Source of the DNA: a bacterium
GTDB taxonomy: Bacteria; Patescibacteriota; Patescibacteriia; Patescibacteriales; GWC2-42-12
Direction: 5' to 3'
Assembly (NCBI GenBank): GCA_030650415.1
Contig: JAUSEG010000006.1
Coordinates: 1-50,874, forward strand
DNA length: 50,874 bases
The position numbers and the translations under genes were made by a program. Positions 16,362 through 24,899 of the stretch are shown piece after piece (positions within the stretch are counted from its first letter, which is position 1; every line of letters begins with the position of its first letter). The notes below the pieces were generated by a model. The model was not told the origin of the DNA and ran no database searches. It saw only the letters and a program-made list of their open reading frames with translations.

Positions 16362-16925
16362 ATGCAAAAGAATGAAAGAGTCGCTGTTTTTATTGACGGC
16401 AGCAATTTATATCATAAGTTAAAGGAACTGCGTATTCCCAACACTATTAATTTTAGTTACGCGGGGTTATGCAAAAAACTTGCCCGAGGCAGGTAAATAA
16501 TTTTCTGCCGCTATTATGTCGGGGCTATTAGGGCCAAAGAAAATGATCAGAAAGGACAAAATCTCCGAGCTAATCAGCTAAGATTATTTAATAATTTAAC
16601 AGCGCAAGGATTTGTTATTAAGAAAGGAAATTTTTTGTTTAATAGCGGCGGTTATCATGAAAAAGGCGTTGATGTTAAATTGGCGGTTGATTTATTAGTT
16701 GGGGCGTATGATGATATATGGGATATCGCTATAATTATTTCATCTGATTCAGATTTAAACCCCGCGATAAAAAAAGTAAAACATCTGAACAAGAATGTTG
16801 AATATATAGGATTTTCTCATAGTCCCTGTTATTCATTGCAAAAAGTTTTATCGTTATCACGATTATTAATAAAAGATGATATAGAGGAATTTATTGCTTT
16901 TAAAAGCGGGGGCGGGCGCTTTTAA
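16362..16925 (+). pseudogene. NYN/LabA-like domain gene with one in-frame TAA (16494-16496)
   Basis: MQKNERVAVFIDGSNLYHKLKEL...LARGR, then a stop, then IIFCRYYVGAIRAKENDQKG...GVDVKLAVDLL...IIISSDSDLNPAIKKV. I verified that 16362 and the track ORF 16635..16925 share the same frame. Confidence 0.75.
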
Positions 16926-17036
16926 AAGCTTTTTATAAAATAGTTTAAAACCTTTTTTTGAATTCAATTCGAGCTGAGGCGTAAAATCGGAGCCCTTCGA
17001 CAAGCTCAGGACAAGCACGATAAAAAAGTTTTAAAC

Positions 17037-17071
17037 GACCGACCCCCCTGTTAGGGGATCGGTCGCTTTTC
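17037..17071 (+). terminator. Intrinsic terminator
   Basis: CGACCGACCCCC, loop CTGTTA, GGGGATCGGTCG (one mismatch), followed by CTTTTC. Confidence 0.65.
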
Positions 17072-17203
17072 TATGCGACCGATTTTTGTTAATTCGCTTT
17101 ATTGAGGCGGTTTTTTATGCTATGATTAAATAATCAAGAATAAATTTTTTAGTCCTACCACCTTCTCCGTTCTCGGAAAGGTTGTGGTAATAAGAATAAA
17201 TTT

Positions 17204-20200
17204 ATGGAAAACGAAAATATTAATGTACCAGCAACGGAAAATATACCTCCGACCAAGCCATTATCGCCGCTCCAACCGAATAAGAAAAATAAACGAATTT
17301 GGCCGGGAATAGGCATAGTAATATTTTTAGCTTTAGTTGTTTTTATTTCAGCTTTCTTTTATTTTCAAACACGGACGACCGGTCCTTTAGGCGGCAAGAC
17401 CCCGGAAAGAAAAGATTTATTTAGCGGCTTTTCAAAACTAATTATCAGCGCTGCTAATGCCAATGATAACTTTACTTTAAAACCTTTAAACATTGATAGT
17501 TTGGGTGTTAAGGCTGATACGGTTTATGTGATAAAAAGCAAAGAACCCTTGAATACGGATATAATTAAAGACAATTTGCAAATTAAGCCTGATTTTCCTT
17601 ATGACTTTAAAAAAATTTCTGACACAGAATGGCATTTAGTACCGCGCCAGACCCTGCCGGCCAATACCTTAGTGCAGATTGCCTTAGCCACGGCTTATAT
17701 CGATGAGAATAATCAAACCCAAGAACGCGATTATTCCTGGGTATATCAAGTCAAGGATAGTTTTAAAGTGCTTCATAGTATTCCTCGTGACGCCGGCACG
17801 AATGTTCCGGTTAATACTGGTGTTGAGATTACTTTTAGCCATGACAATTACTACGATTATGAAAAATATTTTTCTATTAATCCTTCAGTTAAGGGAAAAT
17901 TTGAACAGCACGGCCGCACTTTAGTTTTCGTTCCAGAAACAACCTTAAATTTTAAAACCTTATATCAAGTTACGATTAAGCGCGGTTTGCCGTTAGCCGA
18001 TTCCGCGGAAACTTTAGCCTCTGATTATATTTTTACTTTTGAAACTCAGTTAGCCAGTAATGCCAAAGCTAATAATTGGTATGGAGTTTATGACCGATTG
18101 ATTGAGGCTAATTCCCAAGACGCGCCAATTATACAAGTTTCTTCTTATGCGGCGCCCGACCAGCTGGAAGTTGAAATTTTTCGTTTTAATGATTGGCAGG
18201 AATATTTAGAGTCAATCCGCGAACGTGATAATTTGCCCTGGTGGTCTTACAGTAAAGACGATTTTTTAATGGCTACCGCCAAATTAAAAAAGATCAGCAT
18301 CTTTACCGTACCGGTGAAGGCAAACAGCCAGGTAAAATACATCGAATTCCCAGAAAAGTTGCCCCCAGGTTTTTATTTAGCCGAATTGAAAAACAATAAC
18401 GATAAAGTGCAAGTCTGGATACAAGTAAGCGATTTATCAGCTTATTATAATGTGACAAAAACCCAGACGATTTTTTGGGTAAACGATAATATAAATAAAA
18501 ATCCGGTTAGCGGCGTTAAATTGGAATTACTTGATAGTTCATTATCGGTTTTAACCGACGCGCAGGGCGTGGCTGTATTTAAAACGCCGGACGAGATATT
18601 AAATAATGCCACTAACGAAAAAGTCGCTAAGCGCCAGTATTTTAAATTAAACAAAGACAATGGCACCTTAATTTTACCGGCCTCGCAAATTTCGCATGAT
18701 TGGTGGTGGAATCGTCCAGTCGCGGCTGATAATTACTGGCTCTATCTTTATACTGACCGGCCGCGCTATCAGACGACCGACACGATAAAATTTTGGGGGC
18801 TGGTTAAAGACCGCAGCTCTAAATCCATAAATGAAAAAGCCACTTTGACGCTTTTTAAGGAAGGGTATGTCGATTATTATTATCAACCGGTAGCCATTAT
18901 GAGCCAGGAGCTAAAAATTAGCGACTTGGATACTTTTAAGGGCGAGATGGCGATAAAAAATTTACGCCCCGATTATTACACCCTGGAATTAAAAATCGGT
19001 GAAATCGTGGTTAAACGAAGCTATATAACCATCATGCCTTATACCAAGCCAGCTTTTCAGTTAAGCCTGGTGCCGGATCATCATGCGGCTTTCGCCGGCG
19101 ATACGATTAATTTAAAAGTTAAAGCCAATTTTTTTGAAGGCACTCCGGTACCGGCTTTGTCGCTCAAGTTTGAAACTCCGGAAAAAGTAGAAAAAATATT
19201 TACTACCGATGAGAATGGGGAGGCTAATTTGACGTATACTGCAAATTATAATGATTGCCCTGACGATTACGGCTGTTGGCCGAAATCAACCAGATTATCA
19301 ATCTCGCCGGAAAATTCCGAACTGGCGGAAATCAGCGCTGAAACTTATGTTAATTTTTACGGCCCGAAAGTTTATCTTGAAAGTAAAACCATTTATCCTG
19401 CCAAAGGCCAGGGCCAGGTGGAAATGACCGCCAAGTTAATTGATTTGGCTAAACTGGAAACTGATGAATCGGGGAGTCGGAGTCTGGGCGACAGACCGGC
19501 GGCCGGAATTAAGATTGAAGGTGATTTAATAAAGACTTCATATGTTAAGAAGGAAACCGGCACAGCCTACGATTTTATCAACAAAACCAGCTATAAAACT
19601 TATAGCTACGACAGGCGCGAGGAAAAAGTCAGGAGTTTCAGCGGTATGACCGACCAAAATGGCCAATATATTTTTAAACAGCAGCTTGAACCGGAAATTT
19701 CCTACCAGCTCAAGTATCGCGTTATTGACAGCCAAGGCCGATTCGACAACCAGACCAATTATTTATATTACTATAACGGTATTTCCCTTAATCACTACGA
19801 TGGCTTTAACTACCAATATTATCATTTAAGCTTAACTGACCCCATAACCCAGCAAATTAAAACTTACTCGGTTAATGATCAAGTTAAGGCAATTTTTAAG
19901 AAAAATGATGAGCCGGTGCAAAATGGCAGCAACCGTTTTCTCTATCTAGAGCTCCAAAACGGCTTACAGGAATATCAGATTACCAGTAAAAACGAATACA
20001 ACTTTGCTTTTGAATCCCGCGATGTACCGAACGTTAATCTGGTTGGAGTTTATTTTGACGGCCAGTCGTACCACTCAACTGCCGCAAGCTACTGGGGCGA
20101 TTCGATCAATTTTAAAACCGCGGACAGGCAGCTAAAAGTCAAAGTTGAAACCGATAAAGATAACTACTTGCCCGGCGAAAATGTCAAATTAAATTTTGCG

Positions 20201-22699
20201 GTAACTGACATGAATAATAAACCCTTGCCGGCGGAAATAAACTTAAATTTAGTGGATGAAGCCTATTATGCGGTAGCCGAAGATACGGCCGCCCCCTTAG
20301 AATCAATTTATACCAACGTTGGCATGGGCACTTTGATGGCATTTTCTACCCATGAAAGCCTAGTTGATAGTTCTGGCGGCGCGGAAAAAGGCGGTTGTTT
20401 TACTGCCGGTACAAATATTTTACTGGCCGACGGGACGAATAAGCCGATAGAAAAAATGGCCGTAGGCGACCAGGTATTAACCTTTAGCGACCCGGTCAGC
20501 CGGCAATTAATCGTCGGCCGGGTAGAAGAGGTGGTTGAACATTTGGTCGGCGAATACCTGATTATCAACAAAAAAATCAAGATTACTCCGGAACACCAGG
20601 TTTTTTCCAATAATCATTTTGTTGATGCCGGCCGGTTGAAAGCAGGCGACTGGCTTTGGTCACCCGCCAGAGAAAAAGTCTTCGTGCGCGACATCGAAAT
20701 AAAGCATGAATTGGTAAAAGTCTATAACCTGCGCATTGACCCGCAGCATACTTACATTGCCGATGGCATTTGGGTTCATAATGCTGAAAAGGGCGGCGGA
20801 GCCAGAGAATATTTTACCGATGCCGCCGTCTTTCAGTCCGTCCGCACCGGCAGCGACGGCCGGGCAAATACCGAATTTAAACTACCGGATAACATCACTT
20901 CTTGGCGCGTGACAGCGCAGGGTTTAACTCAAGATTTATGGGCCGGGGTAAGTGTTACCAAGATCCCGGTATCTTTGCCGGTTTTTGCCGAAGTGACTAT
21001 CGGTAATGAATATTTAACCGCAGATAAACCCTTGGCGCGTTTACGCGCCTACGGTACTGCTTTGACTGCCGCCGACAAAGTTGATTTTTTATTGTCAGCT
21101 CCGACCTTAGGTTTAGATAAATCACCGATTCTTTCCGCCCCGGCTTTTAAGCCTGTCTATTATAATTTACCGGCGTTGTCCTTGGGTGAGCATAAAATCG
21201 TTTATGAATTAAAATCAGCCAAAGGCGATGACGCCATTAAGCTGCCGCTTCAGGTGGTTAGCTCGCGGCTGGCAGGACAGACGTCCCAAAGCAGCCAGCT
21301 TACTACCGAGACTAAGGTCAAAGCGATTAATAATTTCCCCATGGCGGTGGTGTTAAGTGATTTAGGCCGGAATGAACTTTACGACCCGCTGCTGAATTTA
21401 AGCTGGTCCTGGGGCGACCGTCTTGATCAAAAGTATGTCCGTAAATTAAGCCGGGAGGCTTTAAAAAAGTACTACCAGGAAGATATCATTGAGCCGGCTT
21501 TTAACCCTTTTGATTATCAGCTTTCCGGCGGCGGCCTGACTTTACTGCCGTATAGCAGTGAAGACTTGGAGTTTTCCGCCAGAGTGTCGGCCTTGGGCGC
21601 GGAGGCGTTTGACAAGATTTCTTTAGCCCAGTATTTTTATAAAAAGCTGGAGGACAATCAGGCTAATCGCGAGGAAATTAGTTATGCTTTGTTCGGTTTG
21701 GCCGAATTAGGCGAGCCGGTACTAACCAGGATTAACTCTTGGCTGAAGCGGACCGACTTAAGCCCCAAGGAGCAACTTTATCTGGCCCAAGCGCTGGTTG
21801 ATTTAGGAGCTAAAGAGTTGAGTCAGACAATTTTTTATGGAGTTTTAAAGCAATACGGCGAGGAAAAATTACCGCAAATCGTCATCCGCGTCAGCAACAA
21901 TTACGATGAAGTCTTCCAGGCTACGGCCATCGCCGCAGTCTTGGCCGCTTCGCTCGACGTTAGCGAAGCCAAGGGCTTGTTTAAATATTTAGCAGAGAAC
22001 CAGGCTTTATACGGCCAAAATAAAAACAGTGAGAATTTGTTTAGCTTGGAAAAATTAAATTATATAAAACATGTTTTACCTAATTTAAAACCCAGCCCGG
22101 CCAAAGTAGCCTATGAATTAGCGGGTGAAACCAAAGAAGTTAATGTTACCGGCAGTAATTTATATTCTTTCCAATTGGCTCCGGAACAAGCCGGCAGCCT
22201 TAATTTTAAGTCCGTTACCGGCCAGGTAGGAATTTCCGTACGCTACCTAGAAACGTTGGACTTAAATAAAGTTAAACGCGACAGCGATATAAGCGTTAGG
22301 CGAGAATATTACGTTAACGGAGCGCCAACCACGCAAATTAAGGAAAAAGATTTAGTGGAAGTCAGGCTTTATCCGGTTTTTAACAAACAAGCCCTGTCCG
22401 GCAATTACCAGATTACCGATATATTGCCGAGCGGCTTAGCGCCGGTTACTAAATTATATTACCGCGGTAATAATTATGAATGCAATTATTGGTATCCTTA
22501 TAACACCGACGGGCAAATGGTCAAATATTTTATTAATCGGGATTGGCGCAGTAATTATTGCGGCGGCGATTATATTAAATATTATGCGCGCGTAAAAAAT
22601 CGCGGAGTTTATTCGGCTGAACCCGCTATTATCCAATCGTTTGTCAACCCCGATTTTATTAATTACTCTAATTCCCAAAGCATAACCATTGCCGAATAA
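17204..22699 (+). CDS. Membrane-anchored alpha-2-macroglobulin-like giant protein (no thioester motif) with inserted Hint domain
   Basis: The protein is 1831 aa with an N-terminal TM helix (IWPGIGIVIFLALVVFISAFFYF). The post-bait A2M block is REYFTDAAVFQSV...FKLPDNITSWRVTAQG. The C-terminal part is a helical TED-like region in which SWGDRLDQ replaces the GCGEQ thioester site. Confidence 0.8.
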   Translation: MENENINVPATENIPPTKPLSPLQPNKKNKRIWPGIGIVIFLALVVFISAFFYFQTRTTGPLGGKTPERKDLFSGFSKLIISAANANDNFTLKPLNIDSLGVKADTVYVIKSKEPLNTDIIKDNLQIKPDFPYDFKKISDTEWHLVPRQTLPANTLVQIALATAYIDENNQTQERDYSWVYQVKDSFKVLHSIPRDAGTNVPVNTGVEITFSHDNYYDYEKYFSINPSVKGKFEQHGRTLVFVPETTLNFKTLYQVTIKRGLPLADSAETLASDYIFTFETQLASNAKANNWYGVYDRLIEANSQDAPIIQVSSYAAPDQLEVEIFRFNDWQEYLESIRERDNLPWWSYSKDDFLMATAKLKKISIFTVPVKANSQVKYIEFPEKLPPGFYLAELKNNNDKVQVWIQVSDLSAYYNVTKTQTIFWVNDNINKNPVSGVKLELLDSSLSVLTDAQGVAVFKTPDEILNNATNEKVAKRQYFKLNKDNGTLILPASQISHDWWWNRPVAADNYWLYLYTDRPRYQTTDTIKFWGLVKDRSSKSINEKATLTLFKEGYVDYYYQPVAIMSQELKISDLDTFKGEMAIKNLRPDYYTLELKIGEIVVKRSYITIMPYTKPAFQLSLVPDHHAAFAGDTINLKVKANFFEGTPVPALSLKFETPEKVEKIFTTDENGEANLTYTANYNDCPDDYGCWPKSTRLSISPENSELAEISAETYVNFYGPKVYLESKTIYPAKGQGQVEMTAKLIDLAKLETDESGSRSLGDRPAAGIKIEGDLIKTSYVKKETGTAYDFINKTSYKTYSYDRREEKVRSFSGMTDQNGQYIFKQQLEPEISYQLKYRVIDSQGRFDNQTNYLYYYNGISLNHYDGFNYQYYHLSLTDPITQQIKTYSVNDQVKAIFKKNDEPVQNGSNRFLYLELQNGLQEYQITSKNEYNFAFESRDVPNVNLVGVYFDGQSYHSTAASYWGDSINFKTADRQLKVKVETDKDNYLPGENVKLNFAVTDMNNKPLPAEINLNLVDEAYYAVAEDTAAPLESIYTNVGMGTLMAFSTHESLVDSSGGAEKGGCFTAGTNILLADGTNKPIEKMAVGDQVLTFSDPVSRQLIVGRVEEVVEHLVGEYLIINKKIKITPEHQVFSNNHFVDAGRLKAGDWLWSPAREKVFVRDIEIKHELVKVYNLRIDPQHTYIADGIWVHNAEKGGGAREYFTDAAVFQSVRTGSDGRANTEFKLPDNITSWRVTAQGLTQDLWAGVSVTKIPVSLPVFAEVTIGNEYLTADKPLARLRAYGTALTAADKVDFLLSAPTLGLDKSPILSAPAFKPVYYNLPALSLGEHKIVYELKSAKGDDAIKLPLQVVSSRLAGQTSQSSQLTTETKVKAINNFPMAVVLSDLGRNELYDPLLNLSWSWGDRLDQKYVRKLSREALKKYYQEDIIEPAFNPFDYQLSGGGLTLLPYSSEDLEFSARVSALGAEAFDKISLAQYFYKKLEDNQANREEISYALFGLAELGEPVLTRINSWLKRTDLSPKEQLYLAQALVDLGAKELSQTIFYGVLKQYGEEKLPQIVIRVSNNYDEVFQATAIAAVLAASLDVSEAKGLFKYLAENQALYGQNKNSENLFSLEKLNYIKHVLPNLKPSPAKVAYELAGETKEVNVTGSNLYSFQLAPEQAGSLNFKSVTGQVGISVRYLETLDLNKVKRDSDISVRREYYVNGAPTTQIKEKDLVEVRLYPVFNKQALSGNYQITDILPSGLAPVTKLYYRGNNYECNYWYPYNTDGQMVKYFINRDWRSNYCGGDYIKYYARVKNRGVYSAEPAIIQSFVNPDFINYSNSQSITIAE
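20396..20782 (+). other. Hint / mini-intein-like (BIL-type) domain, aa 1065-1193 of the A2M-like protein
   Basis: It starts CFTAGTNILLADG (block A). It contains ITPEHQVF (block B TxxH). It ends VYNLRIDPQHTYIADGIWVHN (blocks F/G). The +1 residue is Ala. No endonuclease domain is present. Confidence 0.8.
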
Positions 22700-23610
22700 T
22701 GAATAAACTATCCAATAATATAATTATCATTATCGGTTTGAGCTGTTGTCTGGTATTATTGTTTTGTTTTTGGTTTATCAAACCGTTAAAATTATCACCG
22801 CATCCGGCTGACAAACAAAATATTTCAAATTTGCCACTAGTGGAAATGCAAGACAGTTTTTATAACCGAGAACAATTTTTTTCAGCCATAAAAAAGGCCG
22901 ATGAAATAATACCTCAATCCGATGTCTACGCGATTATTGTGCCGCATCACTTGGTCGGCGCCGATATCATAGCCGAACTGATAAAAATAGCTAGTGGCCG
23001 GCAAATTAATACGGTGGTTGTTATCGGGCCTAATCATGAAAATGTCGGCCGCGAACCGCTGGCTAGCGCGCCGGTTAATTGGCAGACGCCCGAAGGTGAT
23101 TTGCCCGCCAACGTTAAGCTGGAGGAATTATTTTTAACCGACAACCGGCTACAGCCTAACCCATCGGCGCTGGAAAAAGAACATTCAGTCGGCGCGATAA
23201 TGCCATTTATTAAGCATTATTGGCCCCAAGCGCAAGTCCTGCCTATAGTTTTATCTTCTTATGCCGGAAAAGCCGGAGCTGAAAAATTAAGCGATTGGCT
23301 TAAAAGCCGTTTAGGAAAAAACTGTCTGGTTATTTTTTCCCTTGACTTTTCCCATTATCTGACGAAAGGGGAAGCGGATTTAAAAGATGAAGAAACCAAA
23401 AATTTAATAGAAAATTTTTTAATTGATAAAATTTACAACTTAAATAACGACTATCTGGATTCGCCGGCCGGTCTGGCTACGGCCATGCTGTTGGCGCAAA
23501 AATCCGGTCTTAAAGTTTCTTTTATCCGTCATAGTAATTCCTTTGATTACGCCATCTCTAAACCGGCGGCCACCACCAGTTATTTTGGGATTGCGTTTAC
23601 AAGCGAATAG
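22699..23610 (+). CDS. Memo-like / AmmeMemoRadiSam system protein B family, N-terminal TM anchor
   Basis: The order IIVPHH..., EHSVGAIMPF and LDFSHY follows the Memo/LigB-type metal site. The start ATG shares its A with the TAA of the upstream gene (TAATG). Confidence 0.6.
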   Translation: MNKLSNNIIIIIGLSCCLVLLFCFWFIKPLKLSPHPADKQNISNLPLVEMQDSFYNREQFFSAIKKADEIIPQSDVYAIIVPHHLVGADIIAELIKIASGRQINTVVVIGPNHENVGREPLASAPVNWQTPEGDLPANVKLEELFLTDNRLQPNPSALEKEHSVGAIMPFIKHYWPQAQVLPIVLSSYAGKAGAEKLSDWLKSRLGKNCLVIFSLDFSHYLTKGEADLKDEETKNLIENFLIDKIYNLNNDYLDSPAGLATAMLLAQKSGLKVSFIRHSNSFDYAISKPAATTSYFGIAFTSE

Positions 23611-23673
23611 TTATGGATTTTTATGACTATTGGCGAATCGCCTTTTTGTATTGAAGTAAAATTATAAAATTTC

Positions 23674-23708
23674 GACAATAAATTCACCCTGCGCTCCCTG
23701 GCGCAGGG
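23674..23708 (+). repeat. 35-nt hairpin repeat, copy 1 (GACAATAAATTCACCCTGCGCTCCCTGGCGCAGGG)
   Basis: Identical apart from one base to 50733-50767. It contains the stem CCCTGCGC/GCGCAGGG. Confidence 0.8.
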
Positions 23709-23864
23709 CATTTACTAATCAACGGTCTAATACTATGAATATGGCTGGCCTGGCTAGATTCGCTGGATTTATTGAGAATAAAGTGCTAAGCTGAAAAAAT
23801 AGCATTATTTACCGGCTAAACCAATCAGCGTAATTCATATCAGCGTTTACTAAATTTTTCCATT

Positions 23865-24899
23865 ATGCCTGAAAATAAGATGAAAATTTTAATCGATTCG
23901 TTAAGGAGGGATTTATTGTCCGCCAAACTTATCAATGATACGGAAAAAATTTGGCGTCAGTATTTTGGCGGCAGCGGCTCCATAAAATTAGCCCTGAAAG
24001 AGATAAAGAATTTGCCGGTGGCTGAAAAAAAAGCCAAGGCGCCGCTTATGCAACGGCTTAATCAGGAGGCTCTTGATTTATTTAAGGAGAAAGAGAAATC
24101 TTTAAAAAATGATAAGTTGAAATTGGAACTCGAAGCCGGCGCGGAAGAGTTAAATTATAATTTGCCGAAAATCGGCCATCTCCATCCGATATCGCAGACA
24201 ATCAGAGAAATGAACAAGCTCTTTATAAGCATGGGCTTTAGTATTATGGATGGACCTGAAATAGAAAAAGACGAATATTGTTTCCAAAGGTTGAATGTTC
24301 CAATTGATCATCCGGCCAGAGACATGCAGGATACGATTTATATCAAAGAGCCCAATTTTTTATTAAGGACGCAAACTTCTTCAGTTGAAGCAAGGGTTAT
24401 GGAAAATTACAAGCCGCCGTTTAAAATTGTTTCGCCCGGTCGAGTTTATCGGAATGAAAATGTTAATAAAAGTAATCATTTTATTTTTCATCAATACCAA
24501 GGGCTGGTAGTTGTTGAAAAGACAAGTATGAAAGATTTATTTGGAACTCTTGATGTTTTGTTTAAAAAAATGTACGGTTCGGAGGTAGTCGTTCGTTATC
24601 GCAATAAATATTATCCGGAAGTTGAGCCGGGCGTGGGGCCGGACATGCAATGTTTCAATTGCCATGGCAAAGGATGCTCATTATGTAAAGGCATCGGTTG
24701 GATTGAAATGGGTGGCGCCGGCATTATTCATCCCGATGTTTTAAAAATGGCCGGGATTGATCCTAAAAAATGGATGGGATTCGCTTTTGGTTTGGGGCTC
24801 GATCGCTGGGTCATGGCTAAATATAACATTACGGATATTAGAACCTTATTAGGCGGTAATTTAGGTTATAAATATTACGAAAATGAAAATACTATATAG
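23865..24899 (+). CDS. pheS: Phenylalanine--tRNA ligase alpha subunit
   Basis: Class II motifs HPARDMQDT, YRNENV and GFAFGLGLDRW. The gene is followed by pheT. Confidence 0.9.
   Translation: MPENKMKILIDSLRRDLLSAKLINDTEKIWRQYFGGSGSIKLALKEIKNLPVAEKKAKAPLMQRLNQEALDLFKEKEKSLKNDKLKLELEAGAEELNYNLPKIGHLHPISQTIREMNKLFISMGFSIMDGPEIEKDEYCFQRLNVPIDHPARDMQDTIYIKEPNFLLRTQTSSVEARVMENYKPPFKIVSPGRVYRNENVNKSNHFIFHQYQGLVVVEKTSMKDLFGTLDVLFKKMYGSEVVVRYRNKYYPEVEPGVGPDMQCFNCHGKGCSLCKGIGWIEMGGAGIIHPDVLKMAGIDPKKWMGFAFGLGLDRWVMAKYNITDIRTLLGGNLGYKYYENENTI

Noticed and set aside
20396-20782. Calling the Hint domain a canonical self-splicing intein
   Set aside because: The +1 residue after HN is Ala, not Cys/Ser/Thr, and no homing endonuclease is present. 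I therefore call it Hint/BIL-like rather than an intein.
23611-23864. T-box leader upstream of pheS
   Set aside because: I could find no T-box sequence (AATTAGGGTGGTACCGCG-like), no specifier-loop architecture and no terminator/antiterminator pair. Only the 35-nt repeat hairpin is present.
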